64,000 nucleotides of DNA from Psychrobacter sp. (GCF_049295055.1 NZ_JBAQQF010000053.1:61871-125870); one strand, 5' to 3'. Positions 9,532-18,860 are shown, numbered from the stretch's first letter. A program made the numbers and translations. The notes: generated by a model from the letters alone, not told the origin.

Positions 9532-10767
9532 ATGTTTATCAAACTATTCTATACCTTGCGTACTTACGGCGTGCCGGTCAGTACCCGTGAGCTACTTGAC
9601 CTAAATGCCGCGCTTGAGCAAGGGCTGATGATGCAGCCAGTTCTCTCATCAAAGCAGGAAGATTCAGCATTGGCTACCTTTGCCAGCCGCGAAGATATGT
9701 ACCGATTAATTCGGCTTTGTATGGTCAAAGACGAGCGCCACTTTGATAAATTTGATCGAGCAATGGCGGATTACTTTGAAGGCGTTGATAGTCTTGATAT
9801 GGATGAGCTTATGTCTAAGCTGACTGACGTCCCTAAAGAGTGGCTCGACTTAAAATTAGATCCTAAAAACCTCACTGAAGAACAGCGTCGTCTGCTCAAA
9901 AAATATGGCTCGCTTGAAGAGTTGATGAAAGCGCTTGAAGAACGTTTAAAAGAGCAAAAAGAGCGTCATCAAGGCGGTAGTAAATGGGTCGGGACTGGCG
10001 GTACGTCGCCATTTGGCGCCTATGGCGATCATCCAGAAGGCGTGCGCGTTGGCGGTGAGTCGCGTAAACGCAGCGCAGCCAAAGTTTGGGAACAGCGTAA
10101 ATACCGCAACCTCGATGACGATAGTCAGCTTGGTACCCGCCAAATTCAGATGGCACTACGCAATTTGCGCCAGTTTGCACGGACGGGCAGTGCTGATGAG
10201 TTAGATATTCATGAGACCATCAAGCGTACTGCGAAAAAAGGTGTGCTCGATATTCATATGCAAGCGGAGCGTCGCAACCGAGTTAAGGTGCTGATGCTGT
10301 TTGATGTTGGCGGTAGTATGGATATCCATGTTGAAGCACTAGAAAAGCTGTTTTCTGCGGCAAAGAATGAATTTAAAACTTTAGAGTTTTTTTACTTTCA
10401 TAACTGTCTGTATGATTATGTTTGGAAAGACAATGAACGTCGCCATAGCGCACCGATGCCGACCTTTGAGCTGCTCAATAAATACGGTCGCGAATATCGC
10501 GTTATCTTCGTCGGTGATGCCTCAATGTCGCCCTATGAGCTTATGACAGTGGGCGGCAGTGTTGAGTATATGAATAATGAAGCGGGTATCGTCTGGCTAA
10601 AACGCATGCTTGCGCATTTTGATAAAGTCGCGTGGCTCAATCCTGAAGATCCAGCGTACTGGCAATATACCCAAACCATCGTTGAGATTAAAAAACTGTT
10701 TGATAATAAGATGTACCCTATGACTTTGCATGGCGTAGAAGAGATGACCAACTATATGGCGCGGTAG
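9532..10767 (+). CDS. VWA-domain protein (CoxE-like partner of the MoxR ATPase)
   Basis: A 411-aa ORF with a MIDAS-like LMLFDVGGSMD and a C-terminal VWA-like fold. Adjacent to the AAA ATPase. Confidence 0.8.
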   Translation: MFIKLFYTLRTYGVPVSTRELLDLNAALEQGLMMQPVLSSKQEDSALATFASREDMYRLIRLCMVKDERHFDKFDRAMADYFEGVDSLDMDELMSKLTDVPKEWLDLKLDPKNLTEEQRRLLKKYGSLEELMKALEERLKEQKERHQGGSKWVGTGGTSPFGAYGDHPEGVRVGGESRKRSAAKVWEQRKYRNLDDDSQLGTRQIQMALRNLRQFARTGSADELDIHETIKRTAKKGVLDIHMQAERRNRVKVLMLFDVGGSMDIHVEALEKLFSAAKNEFKTLEFFYFHNCLYDYVWKDNERRHSAPMPTFELLNKYGREYRVIFVGDASMSPYELMTVGGSVEYMNNEAGIVWLKRMLAHFDKVAWLNPEDPAYWQYTQTIVEIKKLFDNKMYPMTLHGVEEMTNYMAR

Positions 10768-10843
10768 TGACGGTTTTGAGCATTACTGGACTCACTTCAG
10801 TCATAAATCACTTAATAAAAGTAGCCGTTATGATTCATAACGG

Positions 10844-11710
10844 CTACTTTTTAGTTTCAATGACGCCAATGATAACACCCATCTCTTTCTTATCGTGTTT
10901 ATCGATGCTAGGCGCATACAATGCCGAAGCAATCCCGCCATCCAAAAATAAAGCATTTGGACACTTTAGATAATCTTTGAACAGCGCTGCAAACTGATAA
11001 AAAGTCACAGGCTCATCACTATTGACAAACTGTATGCTGCCATCGTTGCAAACGCCTGCGCCATTACGGAGCTTGGCTGATGCGCTATTGGGGTTAAACT
11101 GTGGGTGAATCTTATTATTGATAACCAGCATCGGCCCTGATTGAGTGGCATACCAAGGTTGTGCTTGACCGCTTTTTAGCTGCTCGTCTAAGGCGTTGCT
11201 TTCAGTGATTTGTACTGCGCCAGTCTTATCCCACCACATGACACCGTTGGGCAATAAGTGAAAGTTGCCGCCACCTTCTTTGAGATTTAACGAATGAATC
11301 TCTTTACCTTCAATGACGGTATAGCCGATAGGCGCGTAGTTCTCATCATACATGCCAGCGTTCATGGCAAAATTCAGCCTTTGGTTATCTGGTAAAGTCG
11401 TCAATAAGTTAGCAAAAGACAGCAATGGCTGAGTGCTATTAGGCTGCTGCCAAAACAGTTGTAATGAATAGTGTCCACTAGTGAGCGCTTCCGCTTTAAC
11501 ACTACAAACACTATAAGCAAATGGTGATTTCTGCGACTCACACGACCCGCTTTCTGTATTGCTATCAGTCACATTATTTTTTGTATCGTCTATTGGCTGA
11601 CAAGCGCTAACACTTAATGCAATCAGCGCTACCGTCAGTAGAGAGGTGGGTGAATTAAAAATGGCGTTTAGCATCAATAACTTATCTTTTATCATAAGGA
11701 AAGATATCAT
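10844..11710 (-). CDS. phosphodiester glycosidase-family lipoprotein (DUF2233-like)
   Basis: A 288-aa ORF with lipobox LSVSAC. NFAMNAGMYDENYAPIGY...FHLLPNGV...QSGPMLV...ALFLDGGIASALY resembles the phosphodiester glycosidase family, from memory. Confidence 0.7.
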   Translation of the reverse strand: MISFLMIKDKLLMLNAIFNSPTSLLTVALIALSVSACQPIDDTKNNVTDSNTESGSCESQKSPFAYSVCSVKAEALTSGHYSLQLFWQQPNSTQPLLSFANLLTTLPDNQRLNFAMNAGMYDENYAPIGYTVIEGKEIHSLNLKEGGGNFHLLPNGVMWWDKTGAVQITESNALDEQLKSGQAQPWYATQSGPMLVINNKIHPQFNPNSASAKLRNGAGVCNDGSIQFVNSDEPVTFYQFAALFKDYLKCPNALFLDGGIASALYAPSIDKHDKKEMGVIIGVIETKK

Positions 11711-11748
11711 AGGAACAGAGTTTGTCTATTTTAATCAGTCAATAGTGC

Positions 11749-13557
11749 TTAGTCGTCTGTAGGTGGAAATTCGCGAAAAGTATTATTGACGTTACCGATT
11801 AACTGTCCACCGTCGTTAATGTTAACAAAACTTCCAAGACCTTGTTCGGCTGTCGCACTGGTTTCTCGACCTTTATCACGCGAGTCTTTGTTATAAGCAA
11901 TTAAGGCGTCGTTATTGGCTAAAAAGCTATCAGAATTTGCCATCACCCACATTTGATTAAATACGTCCGCGCGCGCACTATTATTAAGTAACGCTCCCTT
12001 ATCGGTAAAATAAAAGAATTTAGACAATAGTTTAATCTGCCCGTCATCTAAACGGCGAGCAATATGATAAGGCTGCAATTGGCTTGGGTGTTGCAGACCA
12101 ACTGCACCTACAATGCTGGCCAGTGATTTAAGCGTATTCTTATGGAAGCTTGCGACGCGATCAGCTTTGCTAGGCACATCAAGTGCCTTTTGACGATATG
12201 GGTCTTGCGTTGCAACACCGGTTGGGCAGGTATTGGTATGACATGAGCGCGATTGGATACAACCAACGGCAAACATAAAGCCACGTGCTGAATTACACCA
12301 GTCCGCGCCCAATGCAATCAAACGAGCAATGTCAAAGCCGGAAACGATTTTACCGCTGACACCGAGTTTGATTTTGTCACGGATACCGGCACCGACTAAG
12401 GTATTGTGCACCAATAAAAAGCCATCGACCATCGGCATGCCGACATTATCCATAAACTCTACGGGTGCCGCACCTGTACCGCCTTCAGCGCCATCAATAA
12501 CGATAAAGTCAGGATAATTGTCGGCTTCAATCATTGCTTTAACAATCGCCATAAACTGCCAAGGCTGCCCGATACAAAGCTTAAAACCAACCGGTTTCCC
12601 CTCTGATAATTCACGTAGTTGTTGCCAAAACGCGACCAGCTCACGTGGATTACTAAAAGCTGAGTGCGAAGAGGGCGATACGCAATCCTGTCCCATCGGT
12701 ACTTGGCGGGTATCGGCGATTTCTTGCGTAATTTTCTCTGCTGGTAGGACGCCTCCCTGACCAGGTTTCGCCCCTTGTGATAGTTTAATCTCTATCATTT
12801 TAACTTGTGGATCGACGGCCTTTTCGGCAAAAGATTGCGGATCAAAATGACCGTTGTCATCACGGCAACCAAAATAACCCGTGCCCAGCTCCCAAATCAA
12901 GTCGCCACCGAACTTACGATGATAAGGACTGATTGCCCCTTCACCGGTATCATGGGTGAAGCCGCCCATCTTTGCGCCTTGATTGAGCGCCATAATGGCG
13001 TTAGCGGACAAACTGCCAAAGCTCATCGCTGAGATATTAAACACCGACATATCGTGTGGCTGCTGACAACGCTCGCCACCAACAATGATACGAAAGTCTT
13101 TGTTTATGATCGGTTCACTGACAGCTGACTGCAAAAACCATTCTTTACCATGGGCGTATAAATTGTCTAAAGTACCAAAAGCATTGGTATCACTGACGTT
13201 TTTTGCACGTTGATAAACAAGTGCACGCTGCTGACGCGAAAACGGCACTTGTTCCTTATCATCTTCAAGTAAATACTGACGAATCTCAGGACGAAAATCC
13301 TCCAGCACGTAACGAATATGCCCAGCAACCGGATAGTTGCTCAATATCGCATGCTTCGATTGAATTAAATCATAAATACCCAAACCTACACCAATGCCAC
13401 CAATAATAATCAGCCACCAGTTAAACAATAACAGCCCAGCTAAGAACAGCAATATAGTTGCGCCAAAAGTGCCATAGCGCAGCAGCATGCCAGTCAGATA
13501 AGGAGAGGAATTATGATGTTTAGGCTTTGGATTTAGATTGGTACGAGATTGGGGCAT
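11749..13557 (-). CDS. FMN-binding glutamate synthase-family protein with N-terminal TM helices
   Basis: The ORF track gives 11749..13626. I prefer ATG at 13557 (MPQSRTN...). It shows GltB FMN-domain-like motifs: IKLSQGAKPGQGGVLP, IVIDGAEGGTGAAP and SGKIVSGFDIARLIALGADWCNSARGFMFAVGCIQ. Confidence 0.85.
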   Translation of the reverse strand: MPQSRTNLNPKPKHHNSSPYLTGMLLRYGTFGATILLFLAGLLLFNWWLIIIGGIGVGLGIYDLIQSKHAILSNYPVAGHIRYVLEDFRPEIRQYLLEDDKEQVPFSRQQRALVYQRAKNVSDTNAFGTLDNLYAHGKEWFLQSAVSEPIINKDFRIIVGGERCQQPHDMSVFNISAMSFGSLSANAIMALNQGAKMGGFTHDTGEGAISPYHRKFGGDLIWELGTGYFGCRDDNGHFDPQSFAEKAVDPQVKMIEIKLSQGAKPGQGGVLPAEKITQEIADTRQVPMGQDCVSPSSHSAFSNPRELVAFWQQLRELSEGKPVGFKLCIGQPWQFMAIVKAMIEADNYPDFIVIDGAEGGTGAAPVEFMDNVGMPMVDGFLLVHNTLVGAGIRDKIKLGVSGKIVSGFDIARLIALGADWCNSARGFMFAVGCIQSRSCHTNTCPTGVATQDPYRQKALDVPSKADRVASFHKNTLKSLASIVGAVGLQHPSQLQPYHIARRLDDGQIKLLSKFFYFTDKGALLNNSARADVFNQMWVMANSDSFLANNDALIAYNKDSRDKGRETSATAEQGLGSFVNINDGGQLIGNVNNTFREFPPTDD

Positions 13558-13771
13558 AGTAACGCTCAACAATAAGACATGAAAGTTAAAAAACGCACTA
13601 ATTACGAGTAAAAATAAAAGTAACATACTCCAACTATCGATATAGATGATTTGGAAGTAAGCCAGCTTTATCTTAACTTATAATTAACGCGCATATTATA
13701 CGCCTATGATATCACTGCATCGGTGTCATTGGGTAACAGTGTGCTAATGCGGGTTTTGCAGCCCAGTTATT

Positions 13772-14875
13772 TTAAGCTGTAACCTTTACCACTGTTTTTT
13801 TATTATCAATCACGTCAAAGGTAATCTCAACCGGTAAAAACTGTTTTATTAACCAAGCTTGAGTCTCAGTATGCTGACTAATGACGCGTGCAGTAAACTC
13901 ACCGCCACCTGATAAAGCTAAAGGCAGCAGCAACTGGTCGGTTAGATACTCGTCAACTAATGCATCGGTTTTAAACAAGTAACGCTTCACCAAGCCTGCT
14001 AAGCGATTACCCATCTTTTCAGCCGAAGTACGTTTTTCTCCGAGCAAAGTAAATATTTCTTGATGACAGTGTTCGTTATTGTTAGTTTCACCAACTTTAT
14101 GAGTTACTTTTGCGTAGCAAGTATTACCTTCACCGATACCGAGCAGTTTATGGCCTCTTGTGGTAATAAGGGTGTCGTCGATTCCAGATTCAACCAATAC
14201 CGCTTTCGCGCTGGCAAGCTCACGTGTACCAATATCATATTCCAAATTGAGCACACTGGCGACTAGCTCTACGCTCATCATCTCACCACGTTCAATAATT
14301 TTGAAAGGCAACGAGTTAGCACGGCGTAAAAACGGCGTTATCGTTGCTTTGATGGTGCCACCGCCAACGGGCGCGAAGCCTGCTTGTAGACATTCAATAT
14401 CTATTTGCATACCCAACTTAGTAAGCGCAGGAATAAACGCCTGTTGTAAGAAATCTGTGGTTGGTGCCAGTGGATTGTGGGTTCCACCTTTAATCGTTAC
14501 GGTCGATTTTGAATGTTGATTGGTGTTAGCAAAGAGCAGAGCAGGTAATAGCGTTTGTAGCACCAGACTGGTACTGCCAGCCGAGCCAATATCAAAAGTA
14601 TAATCACCTGACTTAATCGTATTTGGCGTAAAGCTAAAACTGCTGCTGCCTAAATCAGCGCCTGACACGTTGGCATCTGATATCGCTTGTGACGCTTGCA
14701 CGCACATTAAATGTTGACGCATTAATCCAGGTTTAGATCGACCAGCACGGATATTGCTAATCTCAATAGGAATGCCCGTCAGCATAGATAGTGATAGGGC
14801 GGTACGGATAATTTGTCCACCGCCTTCGCCTGTGCTGCCGTCGATTTTTAGGGATTTAGTTTTTGATATTGGCAT
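13772..14875 (-). CDS. rtcA: RNA 3'-terminal phosphate cyclase
   Basis: A 367-aa ORF with the RtcA N-terminal signature GSTGEGGGQIIRTALSLSMLTGIPIEISNIRAGRSKPGLMRQHL. Located in the rtc locus. Confidence 0.92.
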   Translation of the reverse strand: MPISKTKSLKIDGSTGEGGGQIIRTALSLSMLTGIPIEISNIRAGRSKPGLMRQHLMCVQASQAISDANVSGADLGSSSFSFTPNTIKSGDYTFDIGSAGSTSLVLQTLLPALLFANTNQHSKSTVTIKGGTHNPLAPTTDFLQQAFIPALTKLGMQIDIECLQAGFAPVGGGTIKATITPFLRRANSLPFKIIERGEMMSVELVASVLNLEYDIGTRELASAKAVLVESGIDDTLITTRGHKLLGIGEGNTCYAKVTHKVGETNNNEHCHQEIFTLLGEKRTSAEKMGNRLAGLVKRYLFKTDALVDEYLTDQLLLPLALSGGGEFTARVISQHTETQAWLIKQFLPVEITFDVIDNKKTVVKVTA

Positions 14876-15084
14876 GATATTAGACTTTCTTATTTTTGGG
14901 GAGGCTTTTAGATTTTTTTAATGATGCTTATCGCATCAGGATAATTAAATAGGTTTTATAAAAATGGAAAGGTTAGAGCGCAATAAAAATAAAATTGAGA
15001 CCGACTGTCATTGTCTGGTGGTAAGGTCTAAATGGTACTTTGTGCCTAGTGAAGTGTATGGGGCATGAGGTGTAAAAAAGACGT

Positions 15085-15190
15085 TTGCCCACAACGCGTG
15101 GCAGCCACTACAGTATATTTTCAACCCCCTGTTGTGGAAGTAAGGGGTCTGACACTCGCCCAGTCGGTTCCAAACGGGTAGTCTGCTTAC
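15085..15190 (-). ncRNA. candidate structured RNA or processing element in the spacer between the DIP1984-like gene and rtcA (strand assumed from operon context)
   Basis: A G+C-rich core sits inside an otherwise A+T-rich 360-nt spacer and contains several complementary segments. These are CCACAAC 15089-15095 / GTTGTGG 15131-15137, ACCCCCT 15124-15130 / AGGGGT 15143-15148, and GCAG..CTAC 15101-15111 / GTAG.CTGC 15178-15186. Some are mutually exclusive. I recognise no known RNA family. Confidence 0.25.
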
Positions 15191-15235
15191 TTACATTAAG
15201 CGCGCAGAGAATTCTGAAATTGGTTTTAAAAATAA

Positions 15236-15694
15236 TTATTCTATCAGGTCAATTTGCCAGTTATTAGCTTGAATAACAATGTTAATCTTGCGAAGTTTCA
15301 TGGCGATGTCATCGGCTTGCTTTTGTAATCCTGACACAGAAACTATAATATTCCATTTAATTTCACGATGGCTATAACGATCTGCTTCAGTCTGTGTCGC
15401 TTCAATGGCATCCACCAATAGCTTATGACGCATCTCTAATGTATCGCGCTCTACCAATAGCGCCAGCATTGACTGACCTTTATCGGTCTGAGCAATGGCA
15501 TTAGTACGATGAATGCGCTCAATCAAAACACTTAGCTCCGTAATGATTTGACTGGCATCAATCATCAGCGTATTAGGATCTTCGCTTGGTGTATCGCCCT
15601 CTTGAACTTTGACATTGTTACGAATACGACCTTTAATCTGTGCTAGCTTTTTTTGCATATCGCTACGGATAAGTAGGGCTTCTGCGAGTTTCAT
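15236..15694 (-). CDS. DIP1984-family (septicolysin-like) protein
   Basis: A 152-aa ORF. MKLAEALLIRSDMQKKL...VKVQEGDTPSEDP...RTN...LLVERD...REIKW...NWQIDL matches my recollection of the DIP1984-family consensus. It starts 29 nt downstream of the HEPN gene. Confidence 0.7.
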   Translation of the reverse strand: MKLAEALLIRSDMQKKLAQIKGRIRNNVKVQEGDTPSEDPNTLMIDASQIITELSVLIERIHRTNAIAQTDKGQSMLALLVERDTLEMRHKLLVDAIEATQTEADRYSHREIKWNIIVSVSGLQKQADDIAMKLRKINIVIQANNWQIDLIE

Positions 15695-15723
15695 TTTGGT
15701 TCTCTCTAAATGTTGATTTCATT

Positions 15724-17355
15724 TTAAATATATATTTTTCGCTCAATAAACTTGCTTTGAATTAAATTATCAGACATATCTTCAAGAGCTTCTTTCTCAG
15801 CTTTGATCCTAACTGCAAAGACGAAAGAGAAAATAGCTGAACGTGTCAATTGTAAAACATGCTCTGCGCTTTCAACAAATTCAGATTCTGGAATAAAAAC
15901 TGGTTCTTCGTAATAAGCTAATGAATTTTCAATACTTTCAGGTTTTTCATTCTCGTAAACAAATACAAAACTATGTTCCAATGCATTCCGCCACTGCTTA
16001 TAAAAACTAAGTTCACCTTCTAGGTTATGATTCAAACCGCAAGCTATGCTATATAAACCAATCAAGCCTTCATTATTATAAGCTTCGAACTTTTGAAGTC
16101 TGTCTTCGTCTTCAAGTTCCCAAAAAGTATGGAAATACGAAGGCCTGACTTTTCCTTTCTTAGTTTTAAGTTGTAAGTCAAACAACAAACCAATAGCGTT
16201 ACCTATTTTATCTAGTACGCCAAAGCAAATCCTAAAAGCGGTACGAAGCTTTTCGATATTTGTTCCTAGTAACTCATTGTCATGCAACTCTGCATAGCAA
16301 GCATCATCGTCTATATTGTTATCTCTCTTAGCAACCTTATATTCGTATAACATTAGCCTAGCAAGTCCAAATTCCGATTTAAGCCTATTTAGTACCTTTT
16401 GCATTAGTAATATGAAATCTCCAGAAATCGCTCTAATAGACATTGGGATATTTAAATTATCACTTGCACTTCCGTAGCATTTGCAATATAAACCATGCTC
16501 ACTAAGACTTAGGAAATTATCCAAACACCATTTTCTAAATTCTGATAAGGATTGGTATTCTTGCTCATCTAAGTGGCTATCATCTTCTATAGCTACTCCC
16601 ATATCTAAACAATCTTTTTCGATATCACTATCTATTTTCTCGGCTCTTATGAGATAAGATTTTGCCCACTGAGGTGGTAATTTGTTAGATTTGCTAGCAT
16701 TCCTAAAACCTAAAGCAATTTCTCTACCTTGTTTAATTGAAGAAGAGTTATTTATTCGACTTATCACACTCAAACACTCACTACGATTTGTCCAAACTTG
16801 TGGAATGTCTAAATTCATTGCGATAACTTGATCATACAAGGCTAACGCCTCGGGAAATCTATATTGCTTTTGCAGGTTTATAGCTAAATTAACAAGATAT
16901 TCAGGTTGAGAGTCTACATCCTGCTTTCTACAAGACAAAATTGCTTTAAAAAATAGAGAGCTTACCTCTGCAAGTTGCTTTATTAGTTCTACATCGGTAT
17001 CAAGTTGATCTCCAGATGAACTTTGAATTAAGTTGCTTTTTGCATTTCCCAGATTGTAGTAATAACTATCCCGAGTTAAAATGTTTGCAAAAACTTCGGA
17101 CTCCATTATGTCAATACCTAGCTCAGATGCTTTATTATTTGACGCCATGTTGCCTAAATCAACGAACAACATTCCCAGCTTGTAAAGTGTGTAAGAGTAT
17201 TGAGTATCATCTTTGTTTACTTCCTCACTCAAAATTGTCTCTATATCTAAACATAGTTTAAAACTTTGATTAAAGTTTCCTAGGTCAATCATTTTTGAAG
17301 CACTTTCAAGTTGAAAATTAATATTTTCAAAATTAATTTGCTCGTGACTTTTCAT
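15724..17355 (-). CDS. helical-repeat (TPR-like) protein with C-terminal HEPN-type domain (LA2681-like); predicted RNase
   Basis: The ORF track gives 15724..17358, which starts at TTG. ATG at 17355 has an AAGGAT RBS 8 nt upstream. The HEPN R-x4-H motif WRNALEHSF is encoded at 15990-15973. The N-terminal half is predicted to be helical repeats. Sampled 60-nt lines give about 32-35% G+C, versus about 55% in rtcB. Confidence 0.7.
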   Translation of the reverse strand: MKSHEQINFENINFQLESASKMIDLGNFNQSFKLCLDIETILSEEVNKDDTQYSYTLYKLGMLFVDLGNMASNNKASELGIDIMESEVFANILTRDSYYYNLGNAKSNLIQSSSGDQLDTDVELIKQLAEVSSLFFKAILSCRKQDVDSQPEYLVNLAINLQKQYRFPEALALYDQVIAMNLDIPQVWTNRSECLSVISRINNSSSIKQGREIALGFRNASKSNKLPPQWAKSYLIRAEKIDSDIEKDCLDMGVAIEDDSHLDEQEYQSLSEFRKWCLDNFLSLSEHGLYCKCYGSASDNLNIPMSIRAISGDFILLMQKVLNRLKSEFGLARLMLYEYKVAKRDNNIDDDACYAELHDNELLGTNIEKLRTAFRICFGVLDKIGNAIGLLFDLQLKTKKGKVRPSYFHTFWELEDEDRLQKFEAYNNEGLIGLYSIACGLNHNLEGELSFYKQWRNALEHSFVFVYENEKPESIENSLAYYEEPVFIPESEFVESAEHVLQLTRSAIFSFVFAVRIKAEKEALEDMSDNLIQSKFIERKIYI

Positions 17356-17396
17356 CAAAATATCCTTATTTTCTTAGAATATATTTTATGTCTAAC

Positions 17397-18629
17397 TTAG
17401 CCTTTAACACAAACCACTTGCCTCAAAGTATGTACGATCTCTACCAAATCACTCTGCGCTTTCATCACGTCGTCAATATTCTTATACGCTGCTGGGATTT
17501 CATCAATCACGTCTACATCTTTGCGGCATTCTACGCCCTCCGTTTGGGCAATTTGATCGGCGACCGTGAAGACTTTTTTGGCTTCAGTACGTGACATCAC
17601 TCGACCTGCGCCATGTGAGCAAGAACAAAACGATTCTTCGTTACCTTTGCCGCGGACGATAAAGGATTTCGCGCCCATCGACCCCGGAATGATACCGTAT
17701 TCACCAACGCGGGCACGTACTGCGCCTTTGCGAGTGACAAAGATTTCCTCACCGTAATGCTCTTCTTTTTCCACATAGTTGTGGTGACAGTTCACCGCTT
17801 TTACGGCGGCATTAAACGGCTTGTTAATGATTTGACGTAGCGCCTTGATGGCTTTTTCCATCATGATCTCACGGTTCTTAAAGGCGAATCGCTGCGCCCA
17901 ACCGACCGCAAACCAGTAATCATCAAAATGCTCTGTGCCTTCCGCAAAGTAGGCCAAATCTTTGTCAGGCAGGTTGATAAACCACTTGCGCATATCTTCA
18001 CGTGCCAGCTCAATAAAGTAGCGACCAATAGCATTACCGACGCCACGAGAGCCTGAGTGCAGCATAATCCATACTTGATTGGTCTCATCAAGACATACTT
18101 CCACGAAGTGATTGCCTGTGCCAAGCGTACCCAAATGATTGAGATTGTTGGTGTTTTTAAGCTTAGGATGCTTTTGAGTCAGATAATTAAAATCATTGAC
18201 CAGCGTTCCCCAACCATCCGTTACACTATTATCAGGGTTTGACCACGCACCAACATCACGACGTGAACCGCGTCCACGAGTTTTACTACGTCCATGAGGA
18301 ATCGCTTTTTCAAGTTCGGTACGTAGACCCAGCAAATTATCAGGCAAATCATTCGCGGTCAGCGTCGTTTGTACGGCCATCATCCCGCAACCGATATCGA
18401 CACCGACCGCCGCTGGGATAATGGCTTCTTTGGTCGGCAGCACCGTACCGATAGTCGCGCCAATCCCGACATGGACATCAGGCATTACCGCGAGCCACTT
18501 ATAAATAAACGGCATTTGCGAGGCTTTAATCAATTGGTTATGAGCTTTAGGATCGACAGGTACACCCTTTGTCCAAAGTCGAATAGGGGTTCCGCCGTCC
18601 TGAATAATATTATGAGTGGTAGGTTGCAT
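17397..18629 (-). CDS. rtcB: RNA-splicing ligase RtcB
   Basis: Motifs PDVHVGIG, GVDIGCGM, GTGNHFVE, HSGSRGVGN, NCHHNY and SCSHGAGR. I prefer ATG at 18629 (MQPTTHN), with AGGAAAG upstream, over the ORF-track start at 18665. Confidence 0.95.
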   Translation of the reverse strand: MQPTTHNIIQDGGTPIRLWTKGVPVDPKAHNQLIKASQMPFIYKWLAVMPDVHVGIGATIGTVLPTKEAIIPAAVGVDIGCGMMAVQTTLTANDLPDNLLGLRTELEKAIPHGRSKTRGRGSRRDVGAWSNPDNSVTDGWGTLVNDFNYLTQKHPKLKNTNNLNHLGTLGTGNHFVEVCLDETNQVWIMLHSGSRGVGNAIGRYFIELAREDMRKWFINLPDKDLAYFAEGTEHFDDYWFAVGWAQRFAFKNREIMMEKAIKALRQIINKPFNAAVKAVNCHHNYVEKEEHYGEEIFVTRKGAVRARVGEYGIIPGSMGAKSFIVRGKGNEESFCSCSHGAGRVMSRTEAKKVFTVADQIAQTEGVECRKDVDVIDEIPAAYKNIDDVMKAQSDLVEIVHTLRQVVCVKG

Positions 18630-18688
18630 CGCACTTTCCTTATATTTAAAAATATAATTTATCATTGAATAATCTGTACTTTATATAA

Positions 18689-18705
18689 TGCTAGGAGTAT
18701 GCCAA
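18689..18705 (-). promoter_or_regulatory. sigma-54 (-24/-12) promoter of the rtcB operon
   Basis: The minus strand reads TTGGCATACTCCTAGCAT, i.e. TGGCAT-N5-TAGCA against the consensus TGGCAC-N5-TTGCW, with correct GG-N10-GC spacing. It lies about 60 nt upstream of the rtcB ATG, and the cognate activator gene rtcR is adjacent. Confidence 0.65.
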
Positions 18706-18821
18706 GTCTTGATAATTGAAGCTATTAATATCCAAGATACTGATATTGTTAATTTAAATTATTAATTTTAGTTGTGTAAGAAGTTTGGCTAAATATACTA
18801 TAGTGTTGGTTTATAGAAAAT

Positions 18822-18839
18822 ATTCTATTCTAATAGAAT
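18822..18839. promoter_or_regulatory. perfect 8-2-8 inverted repeat, candidate upstream activator site (UAS) or operator in the rtcB/rtcR divergent region
   Basis: ATTCTATT ct AATAGAAT, about 120 nt upstream of the -24 element. Confidence 0.4.
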
Positions 18840-18860
18840 TTAAGATATAATTTTGTTTAG

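Noticed and set aside
14876-15235. I tried to interpret the rtc spacer as a Y-like (YrlA) or tRNA-like RNA, as in Salmonella and Deinococcus rtc/rsr operons.
   Set aside because: I found no T-loop-like GTTCRANYC element, no cloverleaf and no obvious Ro-binding helix. There is also no rsr gene in the window. It is kept only as a generic structured-RNA candidate.
15085-15267. 60-aa plus-strand ORF in the rtc spacer.
   Set aside because: It has no RBS, runs antisense into the 3' end of the DIP1984-like gene, and coincides with the G+C-rich stem region. It is more likely a non-coding structure.
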